A stretch of DNA of 64,000 nt from Candidatus Krumholzibacteriia bacterium. GTDB taxonomy: Bacteria > Krumholzibacteriota > Krumholzibacteriia > G020349025. The stretch is from NCBI GenBank assembly GCA_035649435.1, contig DASRJO010000063.1, positions 1,309 to 65,308 of the forward strand. The letters run 5' to 3'. Below the pieces are notes generated by a model. The model saw only the letters and a list, made by a program, of their open reading frames with translations, searched no databases and was not told where the DNA came from. A program made the translations under genes and the position numbers. This document shows positions 31,295 to 41,790 of the stretch, one piece after another; position 1 is the first letter of the stretch; every line of letters begins with the position of its first letter.

Positions 31295-32425
31295 ATGTCG
31301 CGCTCTTTGCGTATCCTGCACACGTCCGATCTGCACCTGGATGCTGGGCTCCGCACCACCGGGCTGCCCAGCCCACGCGCGCGCGAGCGCTGCCAGGCGC
31401 ACCTCGACGCCTTCGACTGGATCGTGGCGGCCGTGCCGCGGCTCGGCATCGACGTGTTGTGCATCGCCGGCGATCTGTTCGAAGCGGCGCAGACTCGCCC
31501 TGCGACCGTGCGCCATGTGGCGCACGAGCTCGGCGCCTGCGGGCGCCCCGTCTTCATCGCCCCGGGCAATCATGACCCGATGCAGGAGCGCTCGGTCTAC
31601 CGGCTCGCGCGCTGGCCGGAGAACGTCACCGTGTTCGGCGGGGCCTGGCAGAGCGTGCGGCTGCCCGATCTCGGGCTCGTGGTGCACGGCCGCGGTTTCA
31701 CCGAGCCGGTCGAGAGCGCGCGTTTGCTGGCCGGGCTGGTCGTGGAAGGCGACGGTCCGCACCTCTTGGTCGCGCATGGCAGCGACGAATCGTGCCGCCC
31801 CGATCGCCATCACCCGTATCGCCCGTTCGTCCCGGCCGAGCTCGACAGCTTGCCGCTCACCTACGCCGCGTTGGGTCACTACCATCGTTTCTCGCGTCTG
31901 CCGACGCAACGCGTCTCTGCCGCCTACAGTGGCTGCCCGATCCCGCAGAACTTCGCCGATGTCGAACAGCACGGGGTGGTGCTCGCAACGCTCCGCGCGG
32001 ACGGCGTGGACATCGAGCTGCTGCCGGTGCCGGGGCGCCGCTTCGTCACGTTGGAGCTGGACGTGAGCGGCGCCGACACACAGGCGGACCTGGTGCGACG
32101 CCTACAGACCGAGCTCGAGCAAAGGGCGCTGCAGGAGGATTTCGTGCGCTTGCACGTCCGCGGCAGCATCGCCCCCGATCTGGAATTGGAGCCGGTAGCC
32201 TTGCGCGAGGCCTTGGCGCCGCACGTGCACGATCTCACGCTGCGCGACGAGACGGTGCCGGAATACGATCTCGCCACCTTGGCGCTGGAGAACACCGTGC
32301 GCGGCCAGTTCGTGCGCACCCTGCAGGCGCGTTTGCAAGACGCGGCTGATGCCGACGCCGAGATCGTGCGCCGCGCGCTCGTTCTCGGGCTCGACGCGCT
32401 CGCTGGGCGTTCGCAATCGCGTTGA
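31295..32425 (+). CDS. sbcD: DNA repair exonuclease SbcD (Mre11-like calcineurin phosphoesterase).
   Basis: Metallophosphatase motifs LHTSDLHLD, GDLFE, APGNHD, HGR and GHYH. The gene is adjacent to sbcC and the two genes overlap. Confidence 0.8.
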   Translation: MSRSLRILHTSDLHLDAGLRTTGLPSPRARERCQAHLDAFDWIVAAVPRLGIDVLCIAGDLFEAAQTRPATVRHVAHELGACGRPVFIAPGNHDPMQERSVYRLARWPENVTVFGGAWQSVRLPDLGLVVHGRGFTEPVESARLLAGLVVEGDGPHLLVAHGSDESCRPDRHHPYRPFVPAELDSLPLTYAALGHYHRFSRLPTQRVSAAYSGCPIPQNFADVEQHGVVLATLRADGVDIELLPVPGRRFVTLELDVSGADTQADLVRRLQTELEQRALQEDFVRLHVRGSIAPDLELEPVALREALAPHVHDLTLRDETVPEYDLATLALENTVRGQFVRTLQARLQDAADADAEIVRRALVLGLDALAGRSQSR

Positions 32426-32436
32426 GGAGTGGACGC

Positions 32437-35316
32437 ATGCTGTTGCTCGAAGCTCACATCCGCGGATTCGGCAAGCTGGCACAACTCCAGCTGCGCTTCG
32501 CGCGCGGCGTGCAGATCGTCGTCGGTGACAACGAGAGCGGCAAGTCGACGTTGCAGAAGTTTCTCCTCGCCATGTTGTTCGGCCTCAAGCGCGAGGATCG
32601 CCGGCGCCGCGAGTACCTGCCGGACTACGAGCGATGCAAACCCTGGAACGGCGGCGCGTATGGCGGACGTCTCGTCTACGAGCTGGCCAGCGGTGCGTCC
32701 TTCGAGGTGCAGCGCAATTTCGAGCGCAAGGACGAATCGGTGGCCGTTCTGGATGCAGTGTCCGGTCGCGATCTGACCGCCGAGTTTCCCTTGGACGAGC
32801 GCAAGGAGCGTCCGTTCATGCAGCGTCAGATCCAGCTCTCACGCCAGCTGTTCGAGGCGACGACGGCGCTCGGGCAGCTCGCCGGCCGCCCGGCCGCCGA
32901 AGGTGTGGGCGCGTTGCGCCAGAGGATCCAGGGTCTCCTCGACAGCGGCGACGAGAACTTGTCGGCGCAAGCGGCGCTGCAGCTGTTGTCGCAGTTGGAG
33001 GAAAGGCTCGGCAGCGAGCGCACCCCCACGCGCGGAATCGGTTTGCTGCTGCGTCAGCGCCGCACGCTGTTGGACGAACGCGAGTCGGCCGCGAGGCGCC
33101 AGGCGGAGATCCTGGATCTGCACGCGCGGCGCGAGGTGGCGGCGCAAACGTATGCTGCGCACGCCCGGGCGTGGGAGGAACGGCGGCGGCGCGAGCTCGA
33201 TGGGGAACGCGATCTGTTGCAACGTCGCATCCAGCGTTTCGAGAAGCTGGATGGCGAGTTCCACGCCTTGCAGCAACAGCTTTCGGGCTACGACGACGTG
33301 GCGGACGTGGACTTGGCGGACGACGCTCCGGCGCGCGAGCGCGCCAGCGCCATCGCGGCGCTCAAGGCCCAGGCTGACGAGCGCGAAGCCGTGCGACGGA
33401 CGCGGCTCGTGCGTGCCGAGGAGCTCGAATCTTGCGCCAGCGCTCTGGCCGGCGCGCTCGGGGGAATGGATCCCGAGCGCTTGCAGAAGCTGCAGCAGGA
33501 TGCGGCACGGGCATGGGAATTCGTCGGGCGCGTGCGCGAAGCGCGTGCGCGCCAGGCCGATGAACAGCGGCGCAATCGTGCCCTCGTCGACCAGCTGCGC
33601 CGGCATCATGGACGAGATTGGACGCGGGACGAATTCTTGGGCGAGCTGTCGAGCCAGCGGGGACTGGCACACGGCGAGACCGCGCAGGGATTGAATACGA
33701 GCGCGACGCAGGCGTGGCGAGATGCCCGGCGGCGCCGTGGGGTGCTCGCGATTCTCGCCCTCGGCGCCACGGCGGCCGTCGCGGGCTGCGTGTTTCTCGC
33801 ACGGCAGAATCCGGCAGGCTGGTCGCCGCTCCTCTCCTGGGGCGGTGTCGCAGCGGTGTCGGCGGTCGCGGCGTGGACACTGCTCGTCGCCGTCGGGGGA
33901 TGGGTGGCGGCGCGCGATCTGGCGCGCAGCTTACAGGCGCGTGCCGAACAAGCTGCGCTCGGGCAGTCGGCTGCGGCGGAGTGGCTCACCGCCGTCCTGC
34001 AGCGCAATCACGTCGAGGATGTCGAAGCACTCGAGCGCGCCCGCCGCGATTACGAAACACTGCGCGCGCAAGCCGAGCGCATCTCGAGCACCGGCGGACG
34101 CGAAATCCAACATCTGGAAGCCCAGCTCGAGGCGCTGGGGTCGACCATGCATGCCCTCATGCGCGACTGCGATCTGGACGCCGTGCACGCGCTCGCGGCA
34201 CGTGCGACCGGAGCGGCACGCGAGGCGCTGCCCTATGCCGAGGAGGAACAGGCCGAGGGCACGGGCGCCGATGACCTTGCCGATCTGCGGCGCCTGATCA
34301 CGGATTTACAACTCTTGCCGCAGCTGCGCCGGGCCGTTGCGTGGCTGGAACGCGTGCGTGCAGAGCACACGAGCCTGCAACAACACGACGAGCGTGAGAA
34401 CCGCGCACTCGAGGAATTGCACGCCCGGCTCGAGGGCGAACGGGCCGGCCTCGCAGCGATTCTGCGCCGCAACGGCGCCAGCGATCTCGCCGACTTCGCC
34501 GAGCGCATCCGACGTGCGCGTGAGCGCGAACGTTTGTTTGCCACGCGCCTGCCAATGCAGCGCGAACAGGACGGAGTGCTCGCGGGTGAGCACGTCACGG
34601 CGTTGCGCGAGCGACTCTCGCAGCTCGACCCGGCGCCGCCGGTGCCCGCGGTCGAGACTGTCGTGGCCGTCGCCTGGCCTGGGCAAAGCCTCGAGGAGCT
34701 GTCGCGCGCCAAGGATGGTTTGGCGGCGGAACGTGCCCAGATCGACGAGCGCTTGGCGGCGCGGGAGCAAGAGGGCCGACTGCCGGCGGAGATCGAGCTC
34801 GAGCTGCAGGAAGTCGAGATGCAAATCGAAGGCGCACGGCGTGGCGCGGCGGCCATGCGCTTGGCGATGGAGACGCTGCAGGAGGTGGCGACGACGTTGC
34901 ATCGCGAGGTGGCGCCGCGCATGAACGCACGCGTCGGCCAACTGTTCGCACAACTCACGCGCTCCGCGCACGGCGACGTTCTCTTGAGCGAGGATCTGAC
35001 ACCGCGCGTGCGGATGGATGGCGATGCCCTGTGCGGCGTCGAGTCTCTGAGCGGCGGTGCCGCCGATCAGCTGTACTTCGCCGTGCGTCTGACCGCTGGC
35101 GAGGTGCTCGCGCGCCGCGGCGAACACCTGCCCTTGCTCCTCGACGATCCTTTCGTACAGTACGACCCCGAGCGTTTGCAGGCGGCGTTGGACCTGGTGA
35201 CTGAGCTGGCGCGCGAACATCAGGTCCTGTTCCTCACGTGCGAAGAGGTCCAGGCAGAGGCCCTGTCCACGCGTCTGCGCAAGCACGGGATCTTGCACGA
35301 CATCCTGCGACTCTGA
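32437..35316 (+). CDS. sbcC: DNA repair ATPase SbcC (Rad50-like).
   Basis: Walker A GDNESGKST, a long coiled-coil, signature LSGGAADQLYFAVRL, and D-loop LLLDDPFVQYD. A GAGGAG ribosome-binding site precedes the ATG. Confidence 0.8.
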   Translation: MLLLEAHIRGFGKLAQLQLRFARGVQIVVGDNESGKSTLQKFLLAMLFGLKREDRRRREYLPDYERCKPWNGGAYGGRLVYELASGASFEVQRNFERKDESVAVLDAVSGRDLTAEFPLDERKERPFMQRQIQLSRQLFEATTALGQLAGRPAAEGVGALRQRIQGLLDSGDENLSAQAALQLLSQLEERLGSERTPTRGIGLLLRQRRTLLDERESAARRQAEILDLHARREVAAQTYAAHARAWEERRRRELDGERDLLQRRIQRFEKLDGEFHALQQQLSGYDDVADVDLADDAPARERASAIAALKAQADEREAVRRTRLVRAEELESCASALAGALGGMDPERLQKLQQDAARAWEFVGRVREARARQADEQRRNRALVDQLRRHHGRDWTRDEFLGELSSQRGLAHGETAQGLNTSATQAWRDARRRRGVLAILALGATAAVAGCVFLARQNPAGWSPLLSWGGVAAVSAVAAWTLLVAVGGWVAARDLARSLQARAEQAALGQSAAAEWLTAVLQRNHVEDVEALERARRDYETLRAQAERISSTGGREIQHLEAQLEALGSTMHALMRDCDLDAVHALAARATGAAREALPYAEEEQAEGTGADDLADLRRLITDLQLLPQLRRAVAWLERVRAEHTSLQQHDERENRALEELHARLEGERAGLAAILRRNGASDLADFAERIRRARERERLFATRLPMQREQDGVLAGEHVTALRERLSQLDPAPPVPAVETVVAVAWPGQSLEELSRAKDGLAAERAQIDERLAAREQEGRLPAEIELELQEVEMQIEGARRGAAAMRLAMETLQEVATTLHREVAPRMNARVGQLFAQLTRSAHGDVLLSEDLTPRVRMDGDALCGVESLSGGAADQLYFAVRLTAGEVLARRGEHLPLLLDDPFVQYDPERLQAALDLVTELAREHQVLFLTCEEVQAEALSTRLRKHGILHDILRL

Positions 35317-35448
35317 ATGGTGCCGGCACCGGCGATCGACACTTCGTGAACGATCCTTGCACTCGCCGGGCGTACGGAACCTCGTTTCGTACGCGAGGTC
35401 GTGCTAGCATCCCCAGCGGACGCAGTGGGTTTGGACGGAGGACGGAAG

Positions 35449-36750
35449 ATGGACAAGATCTGCATGGTGGGCACCGGCTACGTCGGCTTGGTGACCGGCG
35501 CCTGTCTCGCCGACTTCGGCAACCGCGTCACGTGCGTGGACGTCGACGCGCGCCGCATCGAGCTGCTCGAACGCGGCGAGATTCCATTCTTCGAACCGTT
35601 GCTCGACGAGCTGGTCAAGCGCAACGTCAAGGCCGAGCGCCTGGAATTCACCACCGCGGTCTTGCCTGCCGTTCGCGCAGCGGACGTGATCTTCATTGCG
35701 GTGGGCACACCGGACCGCGGCGATGGGTTCGCCGACTTGAGCGCCCTCTTCCGCGTCGTCGAAGACATCGTGCCGCACCTGGAAGGTTACAAACTCCTGG
35801 TGACCAAGAGCACCGTGCCCGTCGGCACCGGCCGGCAGCTGCTGCAGCGCATCGGCGATTTCGCACGCAACGGCGCCACCATCGAAGTGGCGTCGAATCC
35901 GGAGTTCCTGCGCGAGGGCTCCGCCATCGAAGACTTCATGCGCCCGAACCGTGTCGTCATCGGCGCCGAGACCGAGCGTTCGCAAGCGGCCATGCAGGCG
36001 ATCTACCGCCCGCTGTACCTGAGCGAGACCCCCATCGTGGTGACCAACCTGGAAACCGCGGAGCTGATCAAGTACGCCTCCAACGCATTCCTGGCCACCA
36101 AGATTTCCTTCGTCAACGAGATGGCGAACCTCTGCGAGCGCTACGGCGCCGATGTGCGCGTGCTCGCCAAGGCCATGGGGCTCGATCGCCGCATCGGTGA
36201 CAAGTTCTTGCATGCCGGCGTCGGTTACGGCGGCTCGTGCTTTCCCAAGGACACCGAGGCCCTGGTCAAGATCGGCCAGCAGGTCGGCTACGACATGCGC
36301 ATCGTCAAGGCGGCCATCGGGGTCAACCAAGAGCGGCCGCAGCTGGCGCTGCAAAAGCTCGAGGGCCTGGTCGGGAGTCTGGACGGCAAGACGATCGGGC
36401 TCTTGGGCTTGGCGTTCAAGCCCAACACCGACGACATTCGTGAAGCGCCGGCGATCAAGCTGGCGCGGGCTCTGCGCGAGAAGGGCGCCGTGGTGCGGGG
36501 CTACGACCCCGTTGCCATGGACCGCGTGCGCGCCACCGAGCCCGAGATCGTCCTGTGCAAGGACGCCTACGAAGTCGCGATGGGTGCCGATGCACTGATG
36601 CTGTGCACGGAATGGAACGAGTTCCGCGACCTGAACGTGCAGCAGCTCAAGGACTCGATGCGCCAATCCGTGCTCGTGGACTGCAGAAACATCTATGACC
36701 GCGAGCGCATGGAATCGCTCGGATTCCGCTACGATTGCTTCGGGCGCTGA
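35449..36750 (+). CDS. ugd: UDP-glucose 6-dehydrogenase.
   Basis: A GGAGG ribosome-binding site precedes the start. The protein begins MDKICMVGTGYVGLVTGACLADFG (NAD-binding site) and carries the catalytic GGSCFPKD motif. Confidence 0.85.
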   Translation: MDKICMVGTGYVGLVTGACLADFGNRVTCVDVDARRIELLERGEIPFFEPLLDELVKRNVKAERLEFTTAVLPAVRAADVIFIAVGTPDRGDGFADLSALFRVVEDIVPHLEGYKLLVTKSTVPVGTGRQLLQRIGDFARNGATIEVASNPEFLREGSAIEDFMRPNRVVIGAETERSQAAMQAIYRPLYLSETPIVVTNLETAELIKYASNAFLATKISFVNEMANLCERYGADVRVLAKAMGLDRRIGDKFLHAGVGYGGSCFPKDTEALVKIGQQVGYDMRIVKAAIGVNQERPQLALQKLEGLVGSLDGKTIGLLGLAFKPNTDDIREAPAIKLARALREKGAVVRGYDPVAMDRVRATEPEIVLCKDAYEVAMGADALMLCTEWNEFRDLNVQQLKDSMRQSVLVDCRNIYDRERMESLGFRYDCFGR

Positions 36751-36861
36751 GATCGTCGCGCTCGCCGCATTGCGGCGCCGCGTGACCTCATTCCCGTCCG
36801 CACCGCCGCCGGGTATGATCGGCCCGACCGGGCGACCTTCCCGGAGCGGAGGCTTGGGCGG

Positions 36862-37890
36862 ATGGCACGCATTCTGGTGACCGGCGGCGCCGGGTTCATC
36901 GGCAGCAACTTCGTGCACTTCCTGCTGCGTGAGCAGCCGGATGCCGAGGTCATCGTCCTCGACAAGCTCACCTATGCCGGCAACCTCGAGAACCTCGAAG
37001 CGGTGCGCGGCGATCTACGTTTCCACTTCGTGCGCGGCGACATCGCCGATCCCACGGCCGTGCGCGACGTCATGTCCGGCTGCGATCAGGTCTACAACTT
37101 CGCCGCCGAGAGCCACGTCGACCGCTCGATCCAAGACGCCGAAGCCGTGGTATGGACCAACGTGCGCGGCACCCAGGTTCTCCTCGACGCGGCGCGGGAG
37201 CTCGGCGTGGCGCGCTACGTCCAGGTCTCGACCGACGAGGTGTACGGCAGCATCGGTTCCGGCCGCTGCACTGAGACGAACCTCCTGCGTCCTTCGAACC
37301 CGTACGCCGCCTGCAAGGCCGCGGGCGATCTGCTGGCGCTGGCCGCGGTCAGCACGTGGAAGCTCGACGCCGTGGTGACGCGCAGCAGCAACAATTACGG
37401 GCCCTGGCAGCATCCCGAGAAGTTGATTCCGTTGCACATCACGAATGCGATCGAGGGCAAACCGATGCCGGTCTACGGCGACGGCCGCAACGTGCGCGAC
37501 TGGCTGCACGTCGACGACAACTGCCGCGCCATCGATCTTGTCGGCCGGCTCGGCGCAGCCGGCGAGATCTACAACATCGGCGCCGGCAACGAGCGGGCGA
37601 ACCTGTGGATCGTGGAGCAGATCATCCAGCACACGGGCTGCGATCCGGCGCTGCGTCATTTCGTGCGCGATCGCCCCGGACACGATTTCCGCTATGCGGT
37701 CGACGATCGCAAGGTGCGGGCCTTGGGCTGGGAACCGCGCCGCAGCCTCGAGGCCGGCCTGGCCGAGACCGTGCGCTGGTACCAGGAGCATCGCGCCTGG
37801 TGGACGCGGATCAAGAGCGGCGAGTTCGCCGCTTATTACCGCCAACAGTACGCGCCGAGCGGCAATCCCCCTGCCAAGGAAGACGCATGA
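36862..37890 (+). CDS. rfbB: dTDP-glucose 4,6-dehydratase.
   Basis: MARILVTGGAGFIGSNFV, followed by the YAACKA catalytic motif of the SDR family. Confidence 0.85.
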   Translation: MARILVTGGAGFIGSNFVHFLLREQPDAEVIVLDKLTYAGNLENLEAVRGDLRFHFVRGDIADPTAVRDVMSGCDQVYNFAAESHVDRSIQDAEAVVWTNVRGTQVLLDAARELGVARYVQVSTDEVYGSIGSGRCTETNLLRPSNPYAACKAAGDLLALAAVSTWKLDAVVTRSSNNYGPWQHPEKLIPLHITNAIEGKPMPVYGDGRNVRDWLHVDDNCRAIDLVGRLGAAGEIYNIGAGNERANLWIVEQIIQHTGCDPALRHFVRDRPGHDFRYAVDDRKVRALGWEPRRSLEAGLAETVRWYQEHRAWWTRIKSGEFAAYYRQQYAPSGNPPAKEDA

Positions 37891-39011
37891 GCGCGGCCGG
37901 GGCCCAGGAGGCGCCGCGCCCTCGGCGCCTCGTGTCCGTCGTCGGCGCGCGGCCGAACTTCATGAAGCTCGCGCCGCTCGTGCGCGCGCTCGCACCACGC
38001 CGGGACTGGACGCACGTGATCGTGCACACCGGCCAGCACTACGATGCCAACATGTCGGACGTGTTCTTCGACGAGCTCGAGATAGGAGCTCCGGACATCC
38101 ATCTCGGTGTCGGCTCCGGCTCGCATGCCGAACAGACGGCGCGCGTCATGCTGGCGGTGGACGAAGTCCTGAATCTCGCCACACCGGATCTGATGGTCGT
38201 GGTCGGCGACGTCAATTCGACGTTGGCTGCGACGCTCGTGGCGAGCAAGCGCGGCGTCGCGGTCGCGCACGTCGAGGCGGGACTGCGCAGCTACGACCGC
38301 GGCATGCCGGAAGAGATCAACCGCGTGCTCACGGATCAGCTGGCGACCTTGCTGCTGACGCCGTCCGCCGATGCCGACGCGAATCTCGAGCGCGAAGGCA
38401 TCGCTCCGGAACGCATTCACTGCGTCGGCAACGTCATGATCGACAGCTTGCTGCACGCCTTGCCCCGCGCACGGGCAGGCCGGCCGTGGGAGCGCTTCGG
38501 ACTACAGCCTGCGGGCTACGCGCTGATCACGTTGCACCGGCCATCCAACGTCGACGAGCGCGCGAAGCTACGAGATCTCGTCACGGTCCTGGATCGGCTC
38601 GCGGACAGGCTGCCGGTGCTGTTCCCGGTGCACCCGCGCACGCGCAAGATGATCGCGGAGTTCGACCTCGCACCGCGGCGGATTCAGCTCGTCGATCCCG
38701 TCGGCTACCTCGACTTCATCGGGCTCGAATCGGCGGCGCGGCTGGTGCTGACCGACTCGGGGGGAATGCAGGAAGAGACCACGGTGCTCGGGATCCCTTG
38801 CCTGACCTTGCGCGTCAACACCGAACGGCCCATCACCGTGAGCCAGGGCACGAACCGCATCGTCGGCCAGGATCCAGTGCGCATCTGGGATGCGGCGGAA
38901 GAGATTCTCGCCGCGCCAGCGCCCTTGCCCCGGGCGGTGGAAAAATGGGACGGGCACGCCGCGGGACGCATCCTCGCGGTCTTCGATGCGTTCTTCATGG
39001 CTCGGGAATGA
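37887..39011 (+). CDS. wecB: UDP-N-acetylglucosamine 2-epimerase (non-hydrolysing).
   Basis: VVGARPNFMKLAPLVRAL...HTGQHYD...VVVGDVNST matches the WecB family. Its start overlaps the rfbB stop as ATGA. Confidence 0.8.
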   Translation: MSAAGAQEAPRPRRLVSVVGARPNFMKLAPLVRALAPRRDWTHVIVHTGQHYDANMSDVFFDELEIGAPDIHLGVGSGSHAEQTARVMLAVDEVLNLATPDLMVVVGDVNSTLAATLVASKRGVAVAHVEAGLRSYDRGMPEEINRVLTDQLATLLLTPSADADANLEREGIAPERIHCVGNVMIDSLLHALPRARAGRPWERFGLQPAGYALITLHRPSNVDERAKLRDLVTVLDRLADRLPVLFPVHPRTRKMIAEFDLAPRRIQLVDPVGYLDFIGLESAARLVLTDSGGMQEETTVLGIPCLTLRVNTERPITVSQGTNRIVGQDPVRIWDAAEEILAAPAPLPRAVEKWDGHAAGRILAVFDAFFMARE

Positions 39012-39238
39012 AACCGGCGATCGCGTGCGGCTCCGGCCGCCGGGGGTCTGGGGAGCGTAGGCAGTCCAGACCCGAGGGGTACGCGGGTTGCATGGGAAGG
39101 GTGCAGCGCTTGACGTTGCGGGAGATGACACATACACTTCCGGCGTTTCCGGCTTGGGCGCGCACCCCAGAGCCGGTCGCCTGCCCGAGGCTGTCTCGTC
39201 TTCCAGATTCGTGGGTCCCTTCGTCCGGGTAGGGTGTC

Positions 39239-40420
39239 TTGCCGACTCCAGAACTGGTTGCGCTGCTACCACTCGGCGTTGCCTTCTCGACCACATATTT
39301 CCTCGTCCCCCAGGTTCGACGTTTTGCCATCGAGTGGAAGCTCGGGGACAAACCCAACGGCCGCAAGCTGCACGCGCGCGCGATTCCACACTTGGGCGGC
39401 GTGGCGATCTTCGCCGGCTTCTTCTTGGCGCTGCTGGTGCTGTTGGCGACTCCATTCGGCGTGACGCAGGCGAGCCGTATTCTGGCGCTGCTTCCGGGCT
39501 TGCTGCTGGTCTTCGGTCTCGGGCTGGTGGACGATCTGCGCGGACTCCGCGCCGGCGTGAAGCTCGTCTATCAAGTGGTCGCTGCCGTCTGCGTGGTGGC
39601 GATGGGGGGCGGCCTGTGGCAGGGATCGTTCTCCGATCCGATCTTCGCGCTCGCGGTCGCGCTCAGCGTTCTCTGGTACGTGGGCGTGTGCAACAGTGTC
39701 AACTTGATCGACGGCTTGGACGGTCTCGCGGCCGGCATCGCGGTGGTCGCAGCGGCAGCGTTTCTCGCCGTCGGGATTCGCGTCGGAGATGCAGCTGTCG
39801 TCTTGGTGGCCATGAGCCTGATGGGCGCGCTGCTAGCTTTCCTGCGCTTCAACTTCCATCCCGCGCTCATCTTCATGGGGGACACGGGCAGCATGTTCCT
39901 CGGCTTCACCCTCGCGTTCCTCACCTGTTTGCTCGCGCCGCAGGTGGGGCTCGTGAGCGCTCTGCTCGGCGGCGCCACCATTCTCGGCGTCCCCATCCTC
40001 GACACGCTGACGGCGATCTGCCGGCGTCTCGCGGCGCGGCGGCATATTTTCGCCGCCGATGGCGAGCACACACATCACAAGCTGTTGCGTCTCGGGTTGT
40101 CGCACCGCGCGGCCGTGCTGTTGCTGTATGCATTGGCGACGGTTTTCGCCGCCCTCGGTGCCGGCATTCTCCTCGGCCACCCGCGTTTGATCTTCGCTGC
40201 CGTGGCGCTGGGCGTTTGCTTCCCGCTGGTCCTCGCCGGTCTGCCGCGTTGGCTCGCGTCCCGCGATGCCGCAACACCCGCGTCCAGTCCGGCCATTCCA
40301 TCCCTGCCGGAGATGCCTCAAGCACCCGTGGCGGCGGAGCCTGCGGCGCGGAATCGCGAGACGGTGCATGCGCGCGAGGCCGTGGGTGCTCTGCCGCCCA
40401 GCGTACGCCGACGGACCTGA
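39239..40420 (+). CDS. wecA: Undecaprenyl-phosphate GlcNAc-1-phosphate transferase (GT4, MraY/WecA family).
   Basis: About 10 transmembrane helices, with VNLIDGLDGLAAG and FMGDTGSMFLG motifs. A TTG start is assumed. Confidence 0.7.
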   Translation: MPTPELVALLPLGVAFSTTYFLVPQVRRFAIEWKLGDKPNGRKLHARAIPHLGGVAIFAGFFLALLVLLATPFGVTQASRILALLPGLLLVFGLGLVDDLRGLRAGVKLVYQVVAAVCVVAMGGGLWQGSFSDPIFALAVALSVLWYVGVCNSVNLIDGLDGLAAGIAVVAAAAFLAVGIRVGDAAVVLVAMSLMGALLAFLRFNFHPALIFMGDTGSMFLGFTLAFLTCLLAPQVGLVSALLGGATILGVPILDTLTAICRRLAARRHIFAADGEHTHHKLLRLGLSHRAAVLLLYALATVFAALGAGILLGHPRLIFAAVALGVCFPLVLAGLPRWLASRDAATPASSPAIPSLPEMPQAPVAAEPAARNRETVHAREAVGALPPSVRRRT

Positions 40421-40487
40421 ACCGACCCGCCGCACTCTCCAAGGTCATGCGCGACTGGCGATGTCGTGTGTCCGGTTGTCGCTGGAT

Positions 40488-41702
40488 TCAAATGGCCCAG
40501 TAACGCGCTTCGCGGCCCCCGCCGACGATGAGCACCAAGCCGCCAATGCGCAATGCATGCAAGTGTCGTAGCAGCGTACGACGCGGTGCTTGCACCACGC
40601 GCATGAGATCCATGGCGCGGCTGCCGGGGTGCGCGGCAAGATGCGCCAAGATGCGCTCTTGATGCGCGGGGATTGCTTGGGACAGGCGCAGGACGACGAA
40701 TCGCCGCGCCGCCAGGCTGCAGCCGGCGGTGCCGACCCGCAGCAGTGCACCTGCATTGGCCAATTGCAGATGGCTGAGCAAGCTCGACGCGCGCGCGCGT
40801 GGCCAAGCTGCATCGGGCGACGCGAGCTGTCGTTGCAGCGCCGGCCAAGTGAGACGGTGCTCGGGTGACTCCAAGAGCAGCGCCAGCACTTCCCACGCCG
40901 CCGGTGCCGCGTCGAAGTGGATCGCACTCGCCGGCGTTCGGACGCGCGGTCGGTCGAGGACCACGCGATGCCGCACGTCCACCCAGAGTTGCCATGGCTC
41001 GCGCTGCAGGTCGGCAAGCTCGGCCCGGCACATGGCGCGCGCGGGGCGCTGCCAGTCCTCGACACGCGCCACGGGTGCAGAGCGCAACAGATCGTCGAGG
41101 GCCAAGTGCCAGCGCCGCAGCGACGCGAGCTGGGCGGAGTCCACATAAGGATGGGCGGTGCGCTCGGCGCGGGCGGCGTCCTCGAGATCGCCGGCGTACA
41201 GGGCGCGTTCGGCCGCGAGCAGGTGCACGCTGGCATGCACGGCCGCAGGATGCCGGCGCTGCAAGCGCTGTTGCAACGGCGCGAGCTCCGCTCGCGTGGT
41301 GACGCCACCACGGCGCAGCTGCAAGCGCAGCAGCGCCGTGTCGAGAACGAGCGCAGTGGGTTCGTCCGTCGCTTGACGGCGCGCGCGGCGCAACCACGGG
41401 TCGGCGCCGGCGAAGCTGCGCTGTCGCATGCGGAGCTCGACGCTAGCGAGGGTGGCGGCGAGGGCCACGCCAGGGTCCGATGCGCGCAACAAGGGTCGCA
41501 AGAGCTGATGTGCGCGCTGGGTCTCGCCGGTCTCGGCCGCCGCCAAGCCGCGCACCAGGCGCACGGCTTCGGTAGTGAGGATGTCCTCGCGATCTGCGGG
41601 ACCCAAGAGGTGCAGCGCGCGCGGGGCGTCGCCCGCCTGCACCGCGGCGAGCGCTTCGAGCACGCGCGGCGGGAGCAGTCGCTGCGGACGCTGCCAGACC
41701 AT
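40488..41702 (-). CDS. Hypothetical protein with a C-terminal winged-helix DNA-binding domain.
   Basis: A GGAAGGG ribosome-binding site precedes the start. The protein is Ala/Leu-rich and helical, with a C-terminal ...ILAHLAAHPGSRAMDLMRVVQAPRRTLLRHLHALRIGGLV that resembles an ArsR/MarR-type winged helix. Confidence 0.4.
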   Translation of the reverse strand: MVWQRPQRLLPPRVLEALAAVQAGDAPRALHLLGPADREDILTTEAVRLVRGLAAAETGETQRAHQLLRPLLRASDPGVALAATLASVELRMRQRSFAGADPWLRRARRQATDEPTALVLDTALLRLQLRRGGVTTRAELAPLQQRLQRRHPAAVHASVHLLAAERALYAGDLEDAARAERTAHPYVDSAQLASLRRWHLALDDLLRSAPVARVEDWQRPARAMCRAELADLQREPWQLWVDVRHRVVLDRPRVRTPASAIHFDAAPAAWEVLALLLESPEHRLTWPALQRQLASPDAAWPRARASSLLSHLQLANAGALLRVGTAGCSLAARRFVVLRLSQAIPAHQERILAHLAAHPGSRAMDLMRVVQAPRRTLLRHLHALRIGGLVLIVGGGREARYWAI

Positions 41703-41790
41703 CGCAACCCTTCCGCCATGAGACGCGAGCTTGCGAACGGAGTGGCGAAGCGCCCGTGTGTCCGAGCACCGGTCGGGTGCTCCCGAGGTG

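Noticed and set aside
35317-35448. A 7-bp stem hairpin GCGTACG pairing with CGTACGC after sbcC, considered as a terminator.
   Set aside because: There is no downstream T-tract and it lies close to the ugd ribosome-binding site. It may be a weak attenuator, but it cannot be supported as a terminator.
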